Of a stretch of DNA of 64,000 nt, positions 12,072 to 24,435 are shown in pieces (the first letter of the stretch is position 1; the number at the start of each line of letters is the position of its first letter). The notes under the pieces are model-generated. The model saw nothing but the letters and a program-made list of their open reading frames with translations. It searched no databases and was not told where the DNA came from. Location of the stretch: assembly GCA_041890515.1 (NCBI GenBank), contig JASDWX010000035.1, positions 11,008 to 75,007 of the forward strand, given 5' to 3'. The DNA is from Alteromonadaceae bacterium. Its GTDB lineage: Bacteria > Pseudomonadota > Gammaproteobacteria > Enterobacterales > Alteromonadaceae. The translations under genes were made by a program, and so were the position numbers.

Positions 12072-13307
12072 TTAAAACTCACCTTTAAACCAAGCGAATA
12101 TTCGTGAAGTAATACTAGCAATACCTTCACTTTTCTTACTTTCTAGACTTTGTTGTTCACTGGCTTGCATACCGTAATGTAATAAACCTACAACGGTAGA
12201 ATAAGTTGAATCATCAACATATTCTTTTAAACCAATAGACTCTTTTGGTTTAGCTACACGCACTGGCATTTGAAAAACTTCTTCAGCAAATTCGACAACA
12301 CCTTCCATTTTCGCCGTACCACCTGTTAATACATAACCTGCGGCAATTTGATCTTCTAATCCTGCTTCTCGTAACTCTTCTTGTATCAGTTCAAAGAGTT
12401 CATGGTAACGAGGTTCGACAACTTCAGCTAATGTGTGACGAGACATTGAACGAGCAGGACGACCACCAACACTGGGTACTTCAATGTTCTCTTCCATACT
12501 CACCATTTGACGAAGTGCACAAGCGTACTGCACTTTAATGTCTTCAGCATGACTTAACGGTGTTCTAAATATTTTGGCTATATCACTCGTCACCTGATTA
12601 CCTGCAACAGGAATAACAGCGGTATGACGTAAAGCCCCACCAGCGAATACAGCTATATCCATAGTGCCTGCGCCCATATCAACCACACAAATACCGAGCT
12701 CTTTTTCATCATCGGTTAAGGTAGCGTAACTTGATGCTAACGCTGAAAATATAAGTTGGTCTGCCTTAACTTCACAACGCTCAACACATTTAACAATATT
12801 TTTTGCCATATCATTAGCACAGGTAACAATATGAACCTTTGCCTCCATACGAACACCTGACATACCAATAGGGCTTTTTATACCGTCTTGACAGTCAATA
12901 CTGAATTCTTGTGGTAACACATGCAACATACGACGTTCAGCCGAAATAGGTACAGAGCGTGCGGTATGTATTACGTTATCAACATCTTCTTGAATAACTT
13001 CTTTGTCATTAATTGGCACCATACCGTTTTCGTTTTGACAACTGATATGCTTACCCGAAATACCCAAATACACCGAACTTATTTGGCAATCAGCCATTAA
13101 CTCAGCTTCATTAATGGCACGTTGAATAGATTGAATAACTAAATTCAAATCGTTAACGCCACCTTTATCCATGCCACGTGCTGGTTGATTACCAACACCA
13201 ACAATACTTAATTGGTTGTCTGGGGTGATTTCACCCACAGCAACAGATATTTTCGATGTTCCGATGTCTAAACCTACAACAAGATTTCTTTCGTTTATTT
13301 TTGACAT
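12072..13307 (-). CDS. ftsA: Cell division protein FtsA (start moved to MSKINER)
   Basis: GLDIGTSK, VDMGAGT, LTGG, C-terminal amphipathic WFKGEF. Confidence 0.97.
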   Translation of the reverse strand: MSKINERNLVVGLDIGTSKISVAVGEITPDNQLSIVGVGNQPARGMDKGGVNDLNLVIQSIQRAINEAELMADCQISSVYLGISGKHISCQNENGMVPINDKEVIQEDVDNVIHTARSVPISAERRMLHVLPQEFSIDCQDGIKSPIGMSGVRMEAKVHIVTCANDMAKNIVKCVERCEVKADQLIFSALASSYATLTDDEKELGICVVDMGAGTMDIAVFAGGALRHTAVIPVAGNQVTSDIAKIFRTPLSHAEDIKVQYACALRQMVSMEENIEVPSVGGRPARSMSRHTLAEVVEPRYHELFELIQEELREAGLEDQIAAGYVLTGGTAKMEGVVEFAEEVFQMPVRVAKPKESIGLKEYVDDSTYSTVVGLLHYGMQASEQQSLESKKSEGIASITSRIFAWFKGEF

Positions 13308-13312
13308 TAAGG

Positions 13313-14104
13313 TTAAGCTCTTTGTTTTTTCTCTGCGGTTTTCCAACCTACAGCGAGTCCGGTGTCATAACGTAAATCAACATAATCGACTTGTTGATTT
13401 TCTTTTTTTGTTTTTATTATTTGTGGATATACATCCATAAAGCGTTGCACCCGCTCAATTTTATTCTCTCTGCCTAAATTGAGCATTACACCGTTATTAA
13501 GTGTTAACTGCCACGAGTGTCGTTCGGTAAGTAATAACTCATCAATTGATAGTTCACTAAACTTTAATAACTTACTTAAGTTAACAAAGTTTGCTAATGC
13601 GATATCTTCACTTCCTTCCGGACCAAAAAATGCAGGTAAACCAATATTCAAACGTGTTATATCCGCTTGAAATGCTTTGCCGTATTGGTTAATTAAAAAA
13701 TCACCATTCCATAAAGCTATTGGCGTTTGATCAACCACATAAATTTTCAATTCATTTGGCCATTTCTTACGTACTGATACTGAATATACCCAAGGTAGTT
13801 CGGCGACTTTTTCTTGTATTTCATTTACATCAACATTGAAAAAATTGCCTAAATTAACCTGCTCAATCGCGACTTCAATATCTTGTCTTATGGTAAAGGG
13901 CATCTCGCCGCCAATAACAATAGAAGTTACAGGTGTTGACTCTTCAGACGATATTTTATTATTTAAATACCAACTGAATGAAAAAATAGTAACAATCACA
14001 AGCACAAAAAACGATACACCTAGCCAAAATGACCAATGTAATGCTTCTTGTTGCCCAGTCACGGCTGTTCGCAATGACGTTTGTTTATTGTTATTTTTTG
14101 TCAT
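13313..14104 (-). CDS. ftsQ: Cell division protein FtsQ
   Basis: Single TM, POTRA LPWV..VSVRKKWP, YVDLRYDTGLAVGW. Confidence 0.95.
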   Translation of the reverse strand: MTKNNNKQTSLRTAVTGQQEALHWSFWLGVSFFVLVIVTIFSFSWYLNNKISSEESTPVTSIVIGGEMPFTIRQDIEVAIEQVNLGNFFNVDVNEIQEKVAELPWVYSVSVRKKWPNELKIYVVDQTPIALWNGDFLINQYGKAFQADITRLNIGLPAFFGPEGSEDIALANFVNLSKLLKFSELSIDELLLTERHSWQLTLNNGVMLNLGRENKIERVQRFMDVYPQIIKTKKENQQVDYVDLRYDTGLAVGWKTAEKKQRA

Positions 14105-14106
14105 TA

Positions 14107-15045
14107 TTATTTGGCCAATTTTCCTGTGCTAATTTCTACTATTTTTTTTACTAGCTCACTAAAATTTATACCGTGAACTTTTGCTGATTTTGGTACGAGT
14201 GAAGTTTCAGTCATGCCCGGCACTGTATTTACTTCGAGTAATTGCCATTGATTTTGATTATTTCGCATAACGTCTACACGTCCCCAGCCTTTAGCTCCTG
14301 TTGCTTTGAAGGCTTTTAGTGCTAATACCCTTAATGCACTTTCATCTTCATCACTTAACCCAGCAGGACAGTGATACTGCGTTGTGGTTGATTGATACTT
14401 TGCTTCATAGTCATAAAATTCACGAGGTGTTTCCATATGAATAGCAGGTAATGCTTCGTCACCTAAAATTGCCACGGTGTATTCTGGTCCAGTGATCCAG
14501 GCTTCGACTAATATTTCATCATCATATTCAAATGCTGCCGTTAATGCTTTATGTAACTCATTAGCCGTTTGTGCCTTCGCCATGCCAATACTTGAACCTT
14601 CATTGGCAGGCTTTACCATCACCATATCGCCAAGTTTATTAAGTATCTTTACTGCTTGCCCTTCTTCGTAATCATTTTTATCAACAATAGCGTATGGCGC
14701 GGTTGGTAACCCTTGCGCTTGGAAAACTTGCTTGCTACGAATCTTGTCCATCGATAACGCTGAACCTAAAACATCAGAACCTGTGTATGGAATGCCCATA
14801 TACTGTAAAGCACCTTGCACACAACCGTCTTCACCACCTCTTCCATGTAATGCGATAAAGACACGGTCAATATTGCGCTTTGTTAAGTCCGTTAGACAAA
14901 ATCCTTTTGTATCAATTAACTCAACCTCAAATCCTGCTTGGCGCAAACCTTCTGCCACTGCTTTCCCTGAATTGAGCGACACCTCACGTTCAGCAGAGTC
15001 CCCACCATATAAAACAGCTAACTTTTGACTGTTAAGAACCGTCAT
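14107..15045 (-). CDS. ddlB: D-alanine--D-alanine ligase
   Basis: [36 protein letters not shown]. Confidence 0.96.
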   Translation of the reverse strand: MTVLNSQKLAVLYGGDSAEREVSLNSGKAVAEGLRQAGFEVELIDTKGFCLTDLTKRNIDRVFIALHGRGGEDGCVQGALQYMGIPYTGSDVLGSALSMDKIRSKQVFQAQGLPTAPYAIVDKNDYEEGQAVKILNKLGDMVMVKPANEGSSIGMAKAQTANELHKALTAAFEYDDEILVEAWITGPEYTVAILGDEALPAIHMETPREFYDYEAKYQSTTTQYHCPAGLSDEDESALRVLALKAFKATGAKGWGRVDVMRNNQNQWQLLEVNTVPGMTETSLVPKSAKVHGINFSELVKKIVEISTGKLAK

Positions 15046-16522
15046 GTTCAGCTCCTTTCATATCAACGGTTAATAACGGGTTTTGTATGATCTTACGTGC
15101 AATCACACCAATGGTGCCAGCACCTTGAGTAATGACCATATCGCCATCTTGTAATTGTGCGTGTAATAATTCGGCTAACTTTTCTGGGTCGCTTACATAT
15201 ATCGGTTCAATTTGACCACGTTGACGAATGCTACGCGCTAAACTTTTACTGTCAGCACTGATAATCGGTGTTTCACCTGCGGCGTAAACATCGAGAAGCA
15301 ATAAACAGTCTACTTCCGACAGTACTTCAACAAAATCTTCATATAAATCACGAGTACGAGAATAACGATGTGGTTGAAAAATCATCACCAAACGCTTTTC
15401 AGGCCAACCATTTCGCATGGCTTTAATCGTTGCTTTGACTTCGCGTGGATGATGTCCATAATCATCAATTAGCACCATCTCACCATTTTCTGTAGACAAA
15501 TTAGCGAGTTGTTCAAAGCGTCGACCGATGCCCGCAAATTTTTCTAATGCGCTCACAATAGCTTTGTCAGCAACACCTTCATCTGTTGCAACAGCAATAC
15601 TTGCTAATGCATTTAATACATTATGTTCACCGGGTAGATTTACAGACATATCAATATCAACAAAACCTTCACGCTGTACCGTAAAGTGGCTTATACCACC
15701 ATGTTGTTTAAAATTAATTGCTCGTACATCAGCATCTTCACTAAAACCATAAGTGATCACTTGACGACTCATGCGTGGTAATAGTTCACGTACTACGGCG
15801 TTATCAATACAAACTACAGCTAAACCGTAAAAGGGCAAGTTGTGTAAAAATTCAATATAAGTGTCTTTAAGTTTTTCAAAATCGCCTTGATAAGTTTCCA
15901 TGTGATCTTCATCTATATTCGTGATCACTGAAACCATGGGCTGTAAATGTAAAAATGAAGCGTCACTTTCATCTGCTTCTGCAATTAAATAACGACTAGT
16001 CCCTAGACGTGCATTTGTACCCGCACTATTTAATAATCCACCGATAACAAATGTAGGGTCTAAATCCCCCTCAGCAAAAATGCTTGAAATCAAACTCGTT
16101 GTTGTCGTTTTACCATGTGTTCCGGCAATCGCGACACCGTGTCGAAAACGCATGAGCTCTGCTAACATTTCAGCACGACGTACAACAGGAATACGTAATT
16201 TCTGAGCGTTAACTAGTTCTGGATTGTCGGCATTAATGGCTGTTGAAACAACAATCACACTCGCCCCAATAATATTTTTTTCTGCATGTCCGATGGTGAT
16301 ATCTGCACCTAAAGCCGTTAAACGAGTAACCACTTGATTTTCGCCAATATCTGATCCGGTAATTTTATAACCTTCATTTAACAACACCTCAGCAATCCCA
16401 CCCATGCCTGCACCACCAATACCGACAAAGTGAATACACTTTACGCGTCGCATTTCAGGTACTTTTATAGGGGCTGTGTTATTCGACATCTTATTTTTCA
16501 TTGTTGTTAATATCTTACTCAT
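15032..16522 (-). CDS. murC: UDP-N-acetylmuramate--L-alanine ligase
   Basis: [34 protein letters not shown]; start overlaps murG stop (TAATG). Confidence 0.97.
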   Translation of the reverse strand: MSKILTTMKNKMSNNTAPIKVPEMRRVKCIHFVGIGGAGMGGIAEVLLNEGYKITGSDIGENQVVTRLTALGADITIGHAEKNIIGASVIVVSTAINADNPELVNAQKLRIPVVRRAEMLAELMRFRHGVAIAGTHGKTTTTSLISSIFAEGDLDPTFVIGGLLNSAGTNARLGTSRYLIAEADESDASFLHLQPMVSVITNIDEDHMETYQGDFEKLKDTYIEFLHNLPFYGLAVVCIDNAVVRELLPRMSRQVITYGFSEDADVRAINFKQHGGISHFTVQREGFVDIDMSVNLPGEHNVLNALASIAVATDEGVADKAIVSALEKFAGIGRRFEQLANLSTENGEMVLIDDYGHHPREVKATIKAMRNGWPEKRLVMIFQPHRYSRTRDLYEDFVEVLSEVDCLLLLDVYAAGETPIISADSKSLARSIRQRGQIEPIYVSDPEKLAELLHAQLQDGDMVITQGAGTIGVIARKIIQNPLLTVDMKGAEHDGS

Positions 16523-17637
16523 TAGTGAACTAACCCCACGCAAGTATGAGCAACACGATTTGTTGCATCAGCGTGAGCAGCGTCATGTGCGGCTTTCACC
16601 ATAGATTGCACCACACTGTCGGAAACAAAAAGGCTGTTAAGCATTTGCGCTAAAGTTGTTCCGTTAAATTCTTTTTGTGGTAATAATTTTGCAGCACCTC
16701 GAGAAACTAAGTACATAGCATTTTTTGTTTGGTGGTCATCAACAGCATGCGGTAAAGGTACGAAAATAGCAGGTTTAGCCGCCATCGCTAATTCAGAAAC
16801 AGTTAATGCACCTGCTCTGCAAATTACTACGTCTGCCCATTGGTAAGCCGCTGCCATATCTTCAATAAATTCGGTCACTTTTACTTTGTCTTCAGCCATG
16901 CCAAATCGTTGATAATTTGCTAATACCGATGCCTGACTATCACGACCCGTTTGATGCCAAACGTTTATATTTTGTAGGTGAATTTGTTTTAATGCTTGCG
17001 GTACCGTATCGTTTAGAATTTTTGCACCAAGGCTACCGCCAACGACTAAAACTTTTTTACTACTACTTGGATGCTCTGGTACAACGGGTGTTAATTCAGT
17101 TATTTCTTTACGTAATGGGTTTCCAACAACTTGATATTTGACCCCATTTTTAAATGCATTTGGGAATGCACTTAAGACTGTTGTGGCTATCTTAGCTAAA
17201 TATCGATTTGTCATGCCAGCCACTGCATTTTGTTCATGAAGCACCAAAGGTATACGCATTAACCAAGCAGCAAATCCACCCGGAGCACTTGCATAGCCCC
17301 CCATGCCGAGAACAACATCAGGTTTTACTTTACGTAAAATTGATATTGACTGTATGACTGACTGTAATAGTTTAAAAGGTATTTTAACACGCTCTATTAA
17401 GCTTTTATTACGTACCCCTGCAATATTAATAAATGAAATGTCAAAACCGTGTTCAGGAACAATTTTTGCCTCCATACGCTTTTCAGTGCCAAGCCAATGT
17501 ATAGCCCATCCTTTGGCTTGAAGCATTTCAGCTACTGCAATACCAGGAAAAATGTGCCCACCCGTGCCACCTGCCATCACTAATAAAGTGGGTAATTTTT
17601 TACGTGTCTTTTCTTCAAATCCAGTCATATTGTTCAC
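16522..17637 (-). CDS. murG: MurG glycosyltransferase
   Basis: [37 protein letters not shown]. Confidence 0.97.
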   Translation of the reverse strand: MNNMTGFEEKTRKKLPTLLVMAGGTGGHIFPGIAVAEMLQAKGWAIHWLGTEKRMEAKIVPEHGFDISFINIAGVRNKSLIERVKIPFKLLQSVIQSISILRKVKPDVVLGMGGYASAPGGFAAWLMRIPLVLHEQNAVAGMTNRYLAKIATTVLSAFPNAFKNGVKYQVVGNPLRKEITELTPVVPEHPSSSKKVLVVGGSLGAKILNDTVPQALKQIHLQNINVWHQTGRDSQASVLANYQRFGMAEDKVKVTEFIEDMAAAYQWADVVICRAGALTVSELAMAAKPAIFVPLPHAVDDHQTKNAMYLVSRGAAKLLPQKEFNGTTLAQMLNSLFVSDSVVQSMVKAAHDAAHADATNRVAHTCVGLVH

Positions 17638-18910
17638 CCTCCTTATGTTGTTCTTTTCCAGGTGTTATTGGTGCTTTAGTTACTGTGTCAATTTTTTTAA
17701 CTTTGTTCTTTTTCAACTTTTTCTTACTTGTGGCTTGAATACTTTGCAAACGAATTTCATGATCGATTCTCATTAAGATAAACACTGCCATCGTCATGAT
17801 TATCATAGAGCTGCCGCCATAACTTAACAGTGGCATCGTTAAGCCTTTAGTCGGCACAATACCTGCGCTAGCCCCTACATTAACCGCTGCTTGAAAACTC
17901 ACCCAAATACCAATAGCGTAGGCAAAAAATCCTTCAAAGTATTTTTCTTTTCGTAAAGCGGCCCTACCCAGAAGCAGCGCCTTGAGGACTAAAAACATGC
18001 TCAGTAATAAAATGACACTCACGCCTACAAAACCAAATTCCTCCGCTACAACTGCCATCACAAAATCGGTATGTGCTTCAGGTAAATAATCAAGTTTTTG
18101 AATACTATTACCTAAGCCTTGACCAAAAATTTCACCACGACCATACGCCATTAATGATTGTGTTAATTGATACCCACTCCCAAAAGGATCTTGCCATGGA
18201 TCTAAAAACCCTGTTACGCGTGCCCAACGATAAGGAGAGAAATAAGCGAGCGCGGATAATAAACTAATGCCAACGCCAGATACACAAGCAAATTGCCATA
18301 TTTTTGCACCCGCTAAAAATAACAAACCAAAGGTGGTCACAAACATCACAATAATTGTGCCTAGATCGGGTTGCATTAATAACAATGCGCCAAGTACGCC
18401 AAAAACGATAAGTGGCTTAGCAAACCCTTTAACGTTTTCCATGACTTCTTCGCGGCGACGCACTAAGTAAGCTGATAAATAACAAAAGAAAAATAATTTT
18501 GCAGGTTCTGCCGCTTGAATCGTAATAGGGCCAATAACAATCCAACGGGTTGAACCATTGACTGTACGTCCAACAACCAGCACCACCATTAGCAGTAAAA
18601 TACCAAGCAGTAACAAATGACCACTATGCTTTTGCCACCGACTCATCGGTATACTCATTGTTATAACGGCAACGACTAAACTTAAACAAATATAAATAAA
18701 GTGGCGTTCTACAAAGTGAAATGGGTCGTTAAATAACCTTTCTGCAACGGGCATTGATGAACTTGCTACCATGACAAGACCTATCATATACATGCTAATG
18801 ACGAGTAATAAATAGGTACGATCAAAGGTTGTATTACTCTGACTTTGGTTTCCTGATAACCATTTTGGTAATTTAATATTGTCGAGGTGCGTTAAAACTG
18901 ATGTCGTCAT
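17615..18910 (-). CDS. ftsW: SEDS peptidoglycan polymerase FtsW
   Basis: QPDLG, SGYQL, LPEAHTDF, PTKGLTMPLLSYGGSS. Confidence 0.97.
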   Translation of the reverse strand: MTTSVLTHLDNIKLPKWLSGNQSQSNTTFDRTYLLLVISMYMIGLVMVASSSMPVAERLFNDPFHFVERHFIYICLSLVVAVITMSIPMSRWQKHSGHLLLLGILLLMVVLVVGRTVNGSTRWIVIGPITIQAAEPAKLFFFCYLSAYLVRRREEVMENVKGFAKPLIVFGVLGALLLMQPDLGTIIVMFVTTFGLLFLAGAKIWQFACVSGVGISLLSALAYFSPYRWARVTGFLDPWQDPFGSGYQLTQSLMAYGRGEIFGQGLGNSIQKLDYLPEAHTDFVMAVVAEEFGFVGVSVILLLSMFLVLKALLLGRAALRKEKYFEGFFAYAIGIWVSFQAAVNVGASAGIVPTKGLTMPLLSYGGSSMIIMTMAVFILMRIDHEIRLQSIQATSKKKLKKNKVKKIDTVTKAPITPGKEQHKEGEQYDWI

Positions 18911-20328
18911 TAGTAAACCTCTCTCGATGATTGAGCTTCATTATCTGAGGAGATTTTATTTATTGCGTTAACAAAAACATTGCCACGCTCTGCAAAGTTT
19001 TTAAACATATCAATGCTTGCACAAGCAGGGGAAAGTAAAACGATATCACCGGGCTTTAATATTTTATCAATCGCATTTACCGCTTCTTGGATAGTACTTA
19101 CTTTATGACTTGTTGTTTGTGCCTTTTTTGCTAACAAAGCAACTGCATCTCCATCTTTACCTAAGGTATAAACACCAGTCACATATTTGGCTATGACTGA
19201 TTGTAATGAAGAAAAATCTGCCCCTTTCCCATCACCGCCCGCAATAACATACAAGTTATTATCTGCTGACATAATTGCAGCTAAACCTTCTATTGCTGCA
19301 AATGTTGCGCCGACATTGGTTGCTTTAGAATCGTTTATCCATTGTACATTCTTATATTTTGAAACTAACTGGCAGCGATGTGCTAAACCTTCAAATTCAA
19401 CCAGATGCGCTAACATTTCTTTAATTGGCCAACCTGCACTGTAACCTAACGCCAATACAGCTAAACAGTTTAGGGCATTATGCAAACCAGCAATGGGTAG
19501 TTCGTCAACAGCTATAAGAGGAGTGGACCCAAACATTAATTGTGATTTTCCAGCAATAACTTCAAGCCCGAAATGTCCTTCTGAAGCTAAACCTATCCCA
19601 AAAGATATAATATTCTTAGTTGTATCTGTAACATGAGTATTTGCATCATCACGATTAATCACTGCAGTTTTACACTGTTTATAGATGCTCTGTTTAATCG
19701 CTATATAGTTTTCTAATGTTTTATGGCGGTCTAAGTGGTCATCACTAACATTTAAAACAGTGGCAGCGATAGCATTCATGCTCTGTAATGTTTCTAACTG
19801 AAAACTTGAGAGTTCTAAGACTAAGCAATCTAGTGTTTTTTTCGACTGTTCAAGCACTGGTACACCAATATTTCCGCCTAGTTCAACACTTTTCCCTAGT
19901 TTTTTCCCAATAAAAGCTAATAAAGAGACAACCGTGGATTTACCATTTGACCCAGTAACAGCAAGGATCGGTGTAGAACTATTCTGGCAATAAAGCTCAA
20001 TATCACCGGCAACAATACAGTTTTCATTTATCTGGTCTGCGATATCAGCAATAGAGGTATCAATACCAGGGCTGACTAATAAAATATCTGCTGAGGCGAT
20101 AAGTGCTTTATCCCATCCGCCGAGCGTTAAACTCGCTTTTGGAAATTTTTGCTGAAAAAATTCAACATTTACAGCATTATCCCGACTGTCATTAACAGAA
20201 CATGTTAAACCGTTTTCTTTTAAATAACGCACACAAGACAACCCTGTTAACCCTGCACCGAGGATAACAATTTTTTGGGTTGTTAACTGCGCTAATGCTA
20301 GCGGAGCTTGTGAGGTTTGCTGTTTCAT
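18910..20328 (-). CDS. murD: UDP-MurNAc-L-Ala--D-Glu ligase
   Basis: TGSNGKST, ELSSFQLE, NDSKATNV, LLSPACAS. Confidence 0.97.
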   Translation of the reverse strand: MKQQTSQAPLALAQLTTQKIVILGAGLTGLSCVRYLKENGLTCSVNDSRDNAVNVEFFQQKFPKASLTLGGWDKALIASADILLVSPGIDTSIADIADQINENCIVAGDIELYCQNSSTPILAVTGSNGKSTVVSLLAFIGKKLGKSVELGGNIGVPVLEQSKKTLDCLVLELSSFQLETLQSMNAIAATVLNVSDDHLDRHKTLENYIAIKQSIYKQCKTAVINRDDANTHVTDTTKNIISFGIGLASEGHFGLEVIAGKSQLMFGSTPLIAVDELPIAGLHNALNCLAVLALGYSAGWPIKEMLAHLVEFEGLAHRCQLVSKYKNVQWINDSKATNVGATFAAIEGLAAIMSADNNLYVIAGGDGKGADFSSLQSVIAKYVTGVYTLGKDGDAVALLAKKAQTTSHKVSTIQEAVNAIDKILKPGDIVLLSPACASIDMFKNFAERGNVFVNAINKISSDNEAQSSREVY

Positions 20329-20366
20329 TTTATGCTTTAATACCTACTTCAATTTCTTGATTATTA

Positions 20367-21449
20367 TTAGCGAAGTTTTAATGTGGCTAAACCAATTAAA
20401 ACCAAAACTAAGGAGATGATCCAAAATCGGACAATAACTCTAGGCTCTGGCCAACCTTTTAATTCATAATGATGATGAATAGGTGCCATTCGAAAAATGC
20501 GTTGGCCACGTAACTTATACGACCCAACCTGTAAAATAACAGAAACAGTTTCAATAACGAAAACACCGCCCATGATGAACAACACTAATTCTTGTCGAAC
20601 TAAAACTGCAATAACACCTAATGCCGCGCCTAATGATAAAGAACCAACATCACCCATAAATACTTGTGCTGGATATGTGTTAAACCATAAAAATCCTAAG
20701 CCGGCTCCAACAATAGCGGTACAGACAATGACTAATTCACTCGCCATCGCGATATGAGGTATATGTAAATATTCGGAGAAGTTCGCGTGGCCTGTCATAT
20801 AAGCAAAAATTGCAAATGCACCTGCAACCATTATTGTGGGTACGATAGCTAATCCATCTAAACCATCTGTTAAGTTCACCGCGTTACTTGTGCCGACAAT
20901 GACAAAGTAAGTCATCAAAACATAGAAAATCCCAAGCTGTGGCAATACATCTTTTACAAACGGAATCAGCAAACTTGTTTCTTCTGGGCTTTGAGAAAAA
21001 TAATATAAAAACAATGCCGTTGCCAAACCAGCAATCGTTTGCCAAAAATATTTCCAACGCGCAATTAAACCATTAGCATCTTTGCGGATAACTTTACGGT
21101 AATCATCAACAAAACCAATTATTCCAAAACTTGTGATAACAAAAAGCACCACCCAAACATAGGTATTGCTCAAATCTGCCCATAATAAAACACTGACTAC
21201 GATGGCGGCTAAAATTAAAATCCCCCCCATCGTGGGTGTCCCTGTTTTGACCAAATGGCTTTCAGGACCATCATCTCTTACAATTTGACCAACCTGCATG
21301 TTTTGTAAATATCGGATCAATTTAGGCCCAAAATACAAGGATATAATTAATGCGGTTAATGTACTGACAATTGCGCGAAATGTTAGATAAGAAAACACAT
21401 TAAAAAAACTATAATATTGCGTTAAATATTCACTTAGCCAAACTAGCAT
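20367..21449 (-). CDS. mraY: Phospho-N-acetylmuramoyl-pentapeptide transferase
   Basis: [33 protein letters not shown]. Confidence 0.98.
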   Translation of the reverse strand: MLVWLSEYLTQYYSFFNVFSYLTFRAIVSTLTALIISLYFGPKLIRYLQNMQVGQIVRDDGPESHLVKTGTPTMGGILILAAIVVSVLLWADLSNTYVWVVLFVITSFGIIGFVDDYRKVIRKDANGLIARWKYFWQTIAGLATALFLYYFSQSPEETSLLIPFVKDVLPQLGIFYVLMTYFVIVGTSNAVNLTDGLDGLAIVPTIMVAGAFAIFAYMTGHANFSEYLHIPHIAMASELVIVCTAIVGAGLGFLWFNTYPAQVFMGDVGSLSLGAALGVIAVLVRQELVLFIMGGVFVIETVSVILQVGSYKLRGQRIFRMAPIHHHYELKGWPEPRVIVRFWIISLVLVLIGLATLKLR

Positions 21450-22855
21450 GAACTTTTCTCCGATGAATTATTTTCTAAAATTGACGAAGACTGTTCCACA
21501 TTTTCACGCCAGTTCATAATATCTTTCACTACATTTTCCATACGGGCGCTTCGTGAACCTTTAACTAAAATTGAGATGTTTTGTTGTTCATTTTCTAATA
21601 ATGAAATCAGGCAACTCATCAACTGTGCTCTTTCACTAAAATGTCGCCCATTAAAAGCATCAGACGCACTTTGGCTTAATACACCAATCGTTAATAAGTC
21701 ATCAATGTTAGAAGCTTTGGCATATTCACCCACTTCTTGATGGTAACTACGCGCTTGCGCTCCCAGTTCCCCCATATCGCCAAGGATAAGTACGCGTCGC
21801 CCTGAATAACTTGACAGTAAATCCGTTGCTGCTTTTATAGATTCAACATTAGCATTGTAAGTATCATCAATTAATTTAAACGACGGTGTTAATTGATGTA
21901 AATTCATACGTCCTTGCACGGGTGACATATCTAACAAGCCCAAGCGGATATCGTTAAGGTTTGCTCCAAATTCCAAAGCAATCGTTGCCGCTGCAACAGC
22001 GTTACAAACATTGTGTTTACCCGGAACCGTTAGCTCGATATACGCATTACCTTGATCAGTATTTAATTGGAAGCTAGCACAGCCATTATCATCAAGTGTT
22101 ACGTCACTAGAAAAACAATCAGCTTCTTGAAAGCATGAAAATCTTCTCACTTTTTTATCGGTTAAACGCCATTGCCATTTGTTTGCCAATTTACAATCTA
22201 GATTATAAAGCGCTACACCGTTGGTATTTAACCCTTCAAAAATTTCACCTTTAGCGCGAGCAACACCGCATAAATCACCAAACCCTTCTAAATGAGCCGC
22301 AGCAATATTATTAATAATGGCAACATCGGGCTTAACCAATGCTGTTGTATAAGCTATTTCACCTAGGTGATTCGCACCTAATTCAACAACAGCAAAGTCA
22401 TGCTGCTGCTCAAGTCGTAATAATGTCAGTGGTACACCAATATCATTATTGAAGTTACCTTTTGTGGCTAATACATTGCCTAAACGAGATAAAATGGCCG
22501 CTACCATTTCTTTAACCGTTGTTTTTCCGCTACTACCGGTTATGGCAACCGCTTTAGGTGACACTTTTTCTTTCACATATGCACCTAATTCTCCAAGTGC
22601 TTTATGTGTATCCGTTACAATAATTTGAGGAATAGTTAATTCACACTGATGTTCTACAATAACGGCAGCACAACCTAATTCTACGACGCGATTAAGAAAG
22701 CGATGAGCATCAAAGTTTGGACCTTTCAACGCTAGAAATAATTCACCATTTTTCAATGCTCGACTGTCAGTATTGATACTATCAATCGTGATGTTTTTAC
22801 CAACAAGTTCGCCACCGAGGATGTGAGCAATTTCAGTTAAGGATAATGGGATCAT
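21443..22855 (-). CDS. murF: MurF ligase
   Basis: [28 protein letters not shown]. Confidence 0.97.
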   Translation of the reverse strand: MIPLSLTEIAHILGGELVGKNITIDSINTDSRALKNGELFLALKGPNFDAHRFLNRVVELGCAAVIVEHQCELTIPQIIVTDTHKALGELGAYVKEKVSPKAVAITGSSGKTTVKEMVAAILSRLGNVLATKGNFNNDIGVPLTLLRLEQQHDFAVVELGANHLGEIAYTTALVKPDVAIINNIAAAHLEGFGDLCGVARAKGEIFEGLNTNGVALYNLDCKLANKWQWRLTDKKVRRFSCFQEADCFSSDVTLDDNGCASFQLNTDQGNAYIELTVPGKHNVCNAVAAATIALEFGANLNDIRLGLLDMSPVQGRMNLHQLTPSFKLIDDTYNANVESIKAATDLLSSYSGRRVLILGDMGELGAQARSYHQEVGEYAKASNIDDLLTIGVLSQSASDAFNGRHFSERAQLMSCLISLLENEQQNISILVKGSRSARMENVVKDIMNWRENVEQSSSILENNSSEKSSC

Positions 22856-24435
22856 AAGATAGCCCCTAAAGATTCGCTTTCTTGTTGGTAACGATCATAA
22901 ATTGATTTTACAAATTCGCGTTCGTTATAATTGATTTTTTCATTGCCTACGATGATGTATTCTTCATGCCCCTTACCTGCAAGTAATATCATGTCATCAG
23001 TTTTAGCTTTTGCTAATGTTGCTCTAATTGCTGATGCGCGATCTAATACAACAGTAATTTTTTCTGGCTTTTGACAACCTTCCAGCATATCAGCGATAAT
23101 GTTTTCAGCTTTTTCGGTTCTAGGATTGTCTATAGTAAACACGATATGGTCGGCACCACTTTCTGCTGCTTGTGCCATTAATGGCCGCTTGCCTTTATCT
23201 CTGTCACCACCACAGCCAAACACGACCCACAATTCTCCTTGGCAATGGTGTCGACACGCATGTAATGCACTTGATAAAGCATCAGGCGTATGTGCGTAGT
23301 CTACAATAGTGGTCGTTTTGTTATCCGCTTTAAATGCTTCCATACGTCCAATAATAGGTGTCAATGATTTCACCGCTACAGCGATATCGCTTAATGAAAT
23401 ATGTTTGCTTAATAGAACAGCGATTGCAGCGAGTAAATTTTCAATGTTGAAGTCACCCATTAAGGTACTTTCAATTGGGTGTTCACCCAAATGTGTATTG
23501 AGTGTGAACTTAACACCACTCGTATGCGCTTTAATTTCAGTAGCTTGTACGTAAGCTGAATATTCAGAGATGATCGCCGATTGACCATAAACAATAACAG
23601 GTTGGGTATTTGGCCAATGCGCCAGCCAATTTTTAGCTTGTTCATCATCACCATTAAGAATGGCTATTTGTGCTGATTCTTGGCTGAATATTTTGTATTT
23701 AGCGTTAGCATAATTTTCCATGGTCAAATGATAATCAAGATGATCACGCGTCAAATTAGTGAACACGGCAATATCGAGCAAATCAGGCATCACACGTCGT
23801 TGTTCAAGCGCATGTGATGATATTTCCATAGCTACATTTTTACAGTTATCAACAGAAAACTCAGCCATTAGCTGATGCAACTGGGTCGCCGCAGGCGTGG
23901 TATTTTCTAGTGGTTGTAACGTATCAATTTGACCTGCACCATTGGTGCCTATTACAGCGGTTCTTTCTTGGCAACTTGTTAACAGTTTGGAAATTATTTG
24001 ACTGGTACTGGTTTTACCGTTCGTACCGGTAATACCAATCATTGTCATATTCTGCTGTGGATTTTGATAATAAGCTTTTGCGAACGAAAACAGCTGTTGA
24101 TTTAATTGGTAAAACAATACTTGTGGGATTTTTTTTGCAGAATCATCAGTCACTAAATAGGTAACGTTGCCATGTTGGTCAGCATATTCACACTCAGAGA
24201 TAATTAATACGCTACCCGATTTAATCGCTTGTACAATAAAGTCATTACCATTTTTATCGCCACCTATCACCGCACAAAACACATCACCCCTCTTTATTTT
24301 ACGGGTATCGTTAACTAAATCACCTAAGCTAGCCGGAAAATCTGACGACTCACTTAATATTGCAGACGGTAAATTAAAGGTATGAAAAACATCAAACAAC
24401 TTGTGTTGGCTCAATGAAAAAGCAAACTTAGGCAT
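22852..24435 (-). CDS. murE: MurE ligase
   Basis: TGTNGKTS, FTNLTRDHLDYH, DYAHTPD, DNPR, AGKGHE. Confidence 0.97.
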   Translation of the reverse strand: MPKFAFSLSQHKLFDVFHTFNLPSAILSESSDFPASLGDLVNDTRKIKRGDVFCAVIGGDKNGNDFIVQAIKSGSVLIISECEYADQHGNVTYLVTDDSAKKIPQVLFYQLNQQLFSFAKAYYQNPQQNMTMIGITGTNGKTSTSQIISKLLTSCQERTAVIGTNGAGQIDTLQPLENTTPAATQLHQLMAEFSVDNCKNVAMEISSHALEQRRVMPDLLDIAVFTNLTRDHLDYHLTMENYANAKYKIFSQESAQIAILNGDDEQAKNWLAHWPNTQPVIVYGQSAIISEYSAYVQATEIKAHTSGVKFTLNTHLGEHPIESTLMGDFNIENLLAAIAVLLSKHISLSDIAVAVKSLTPIIGRMEAFKADNKTTTIVDYAHTPDALSSALHACRHHCQGELWVVFGCGGDRDKGKRPLMAQAAESGADHIVFTIDNPRTEKAENIIADMLEGCQKPEKITVVLDRASAIRATLAKAKTDDMILLAGKGHEEYIIVGNEKINYNEREFVKSIYDRYQQESESLGAIL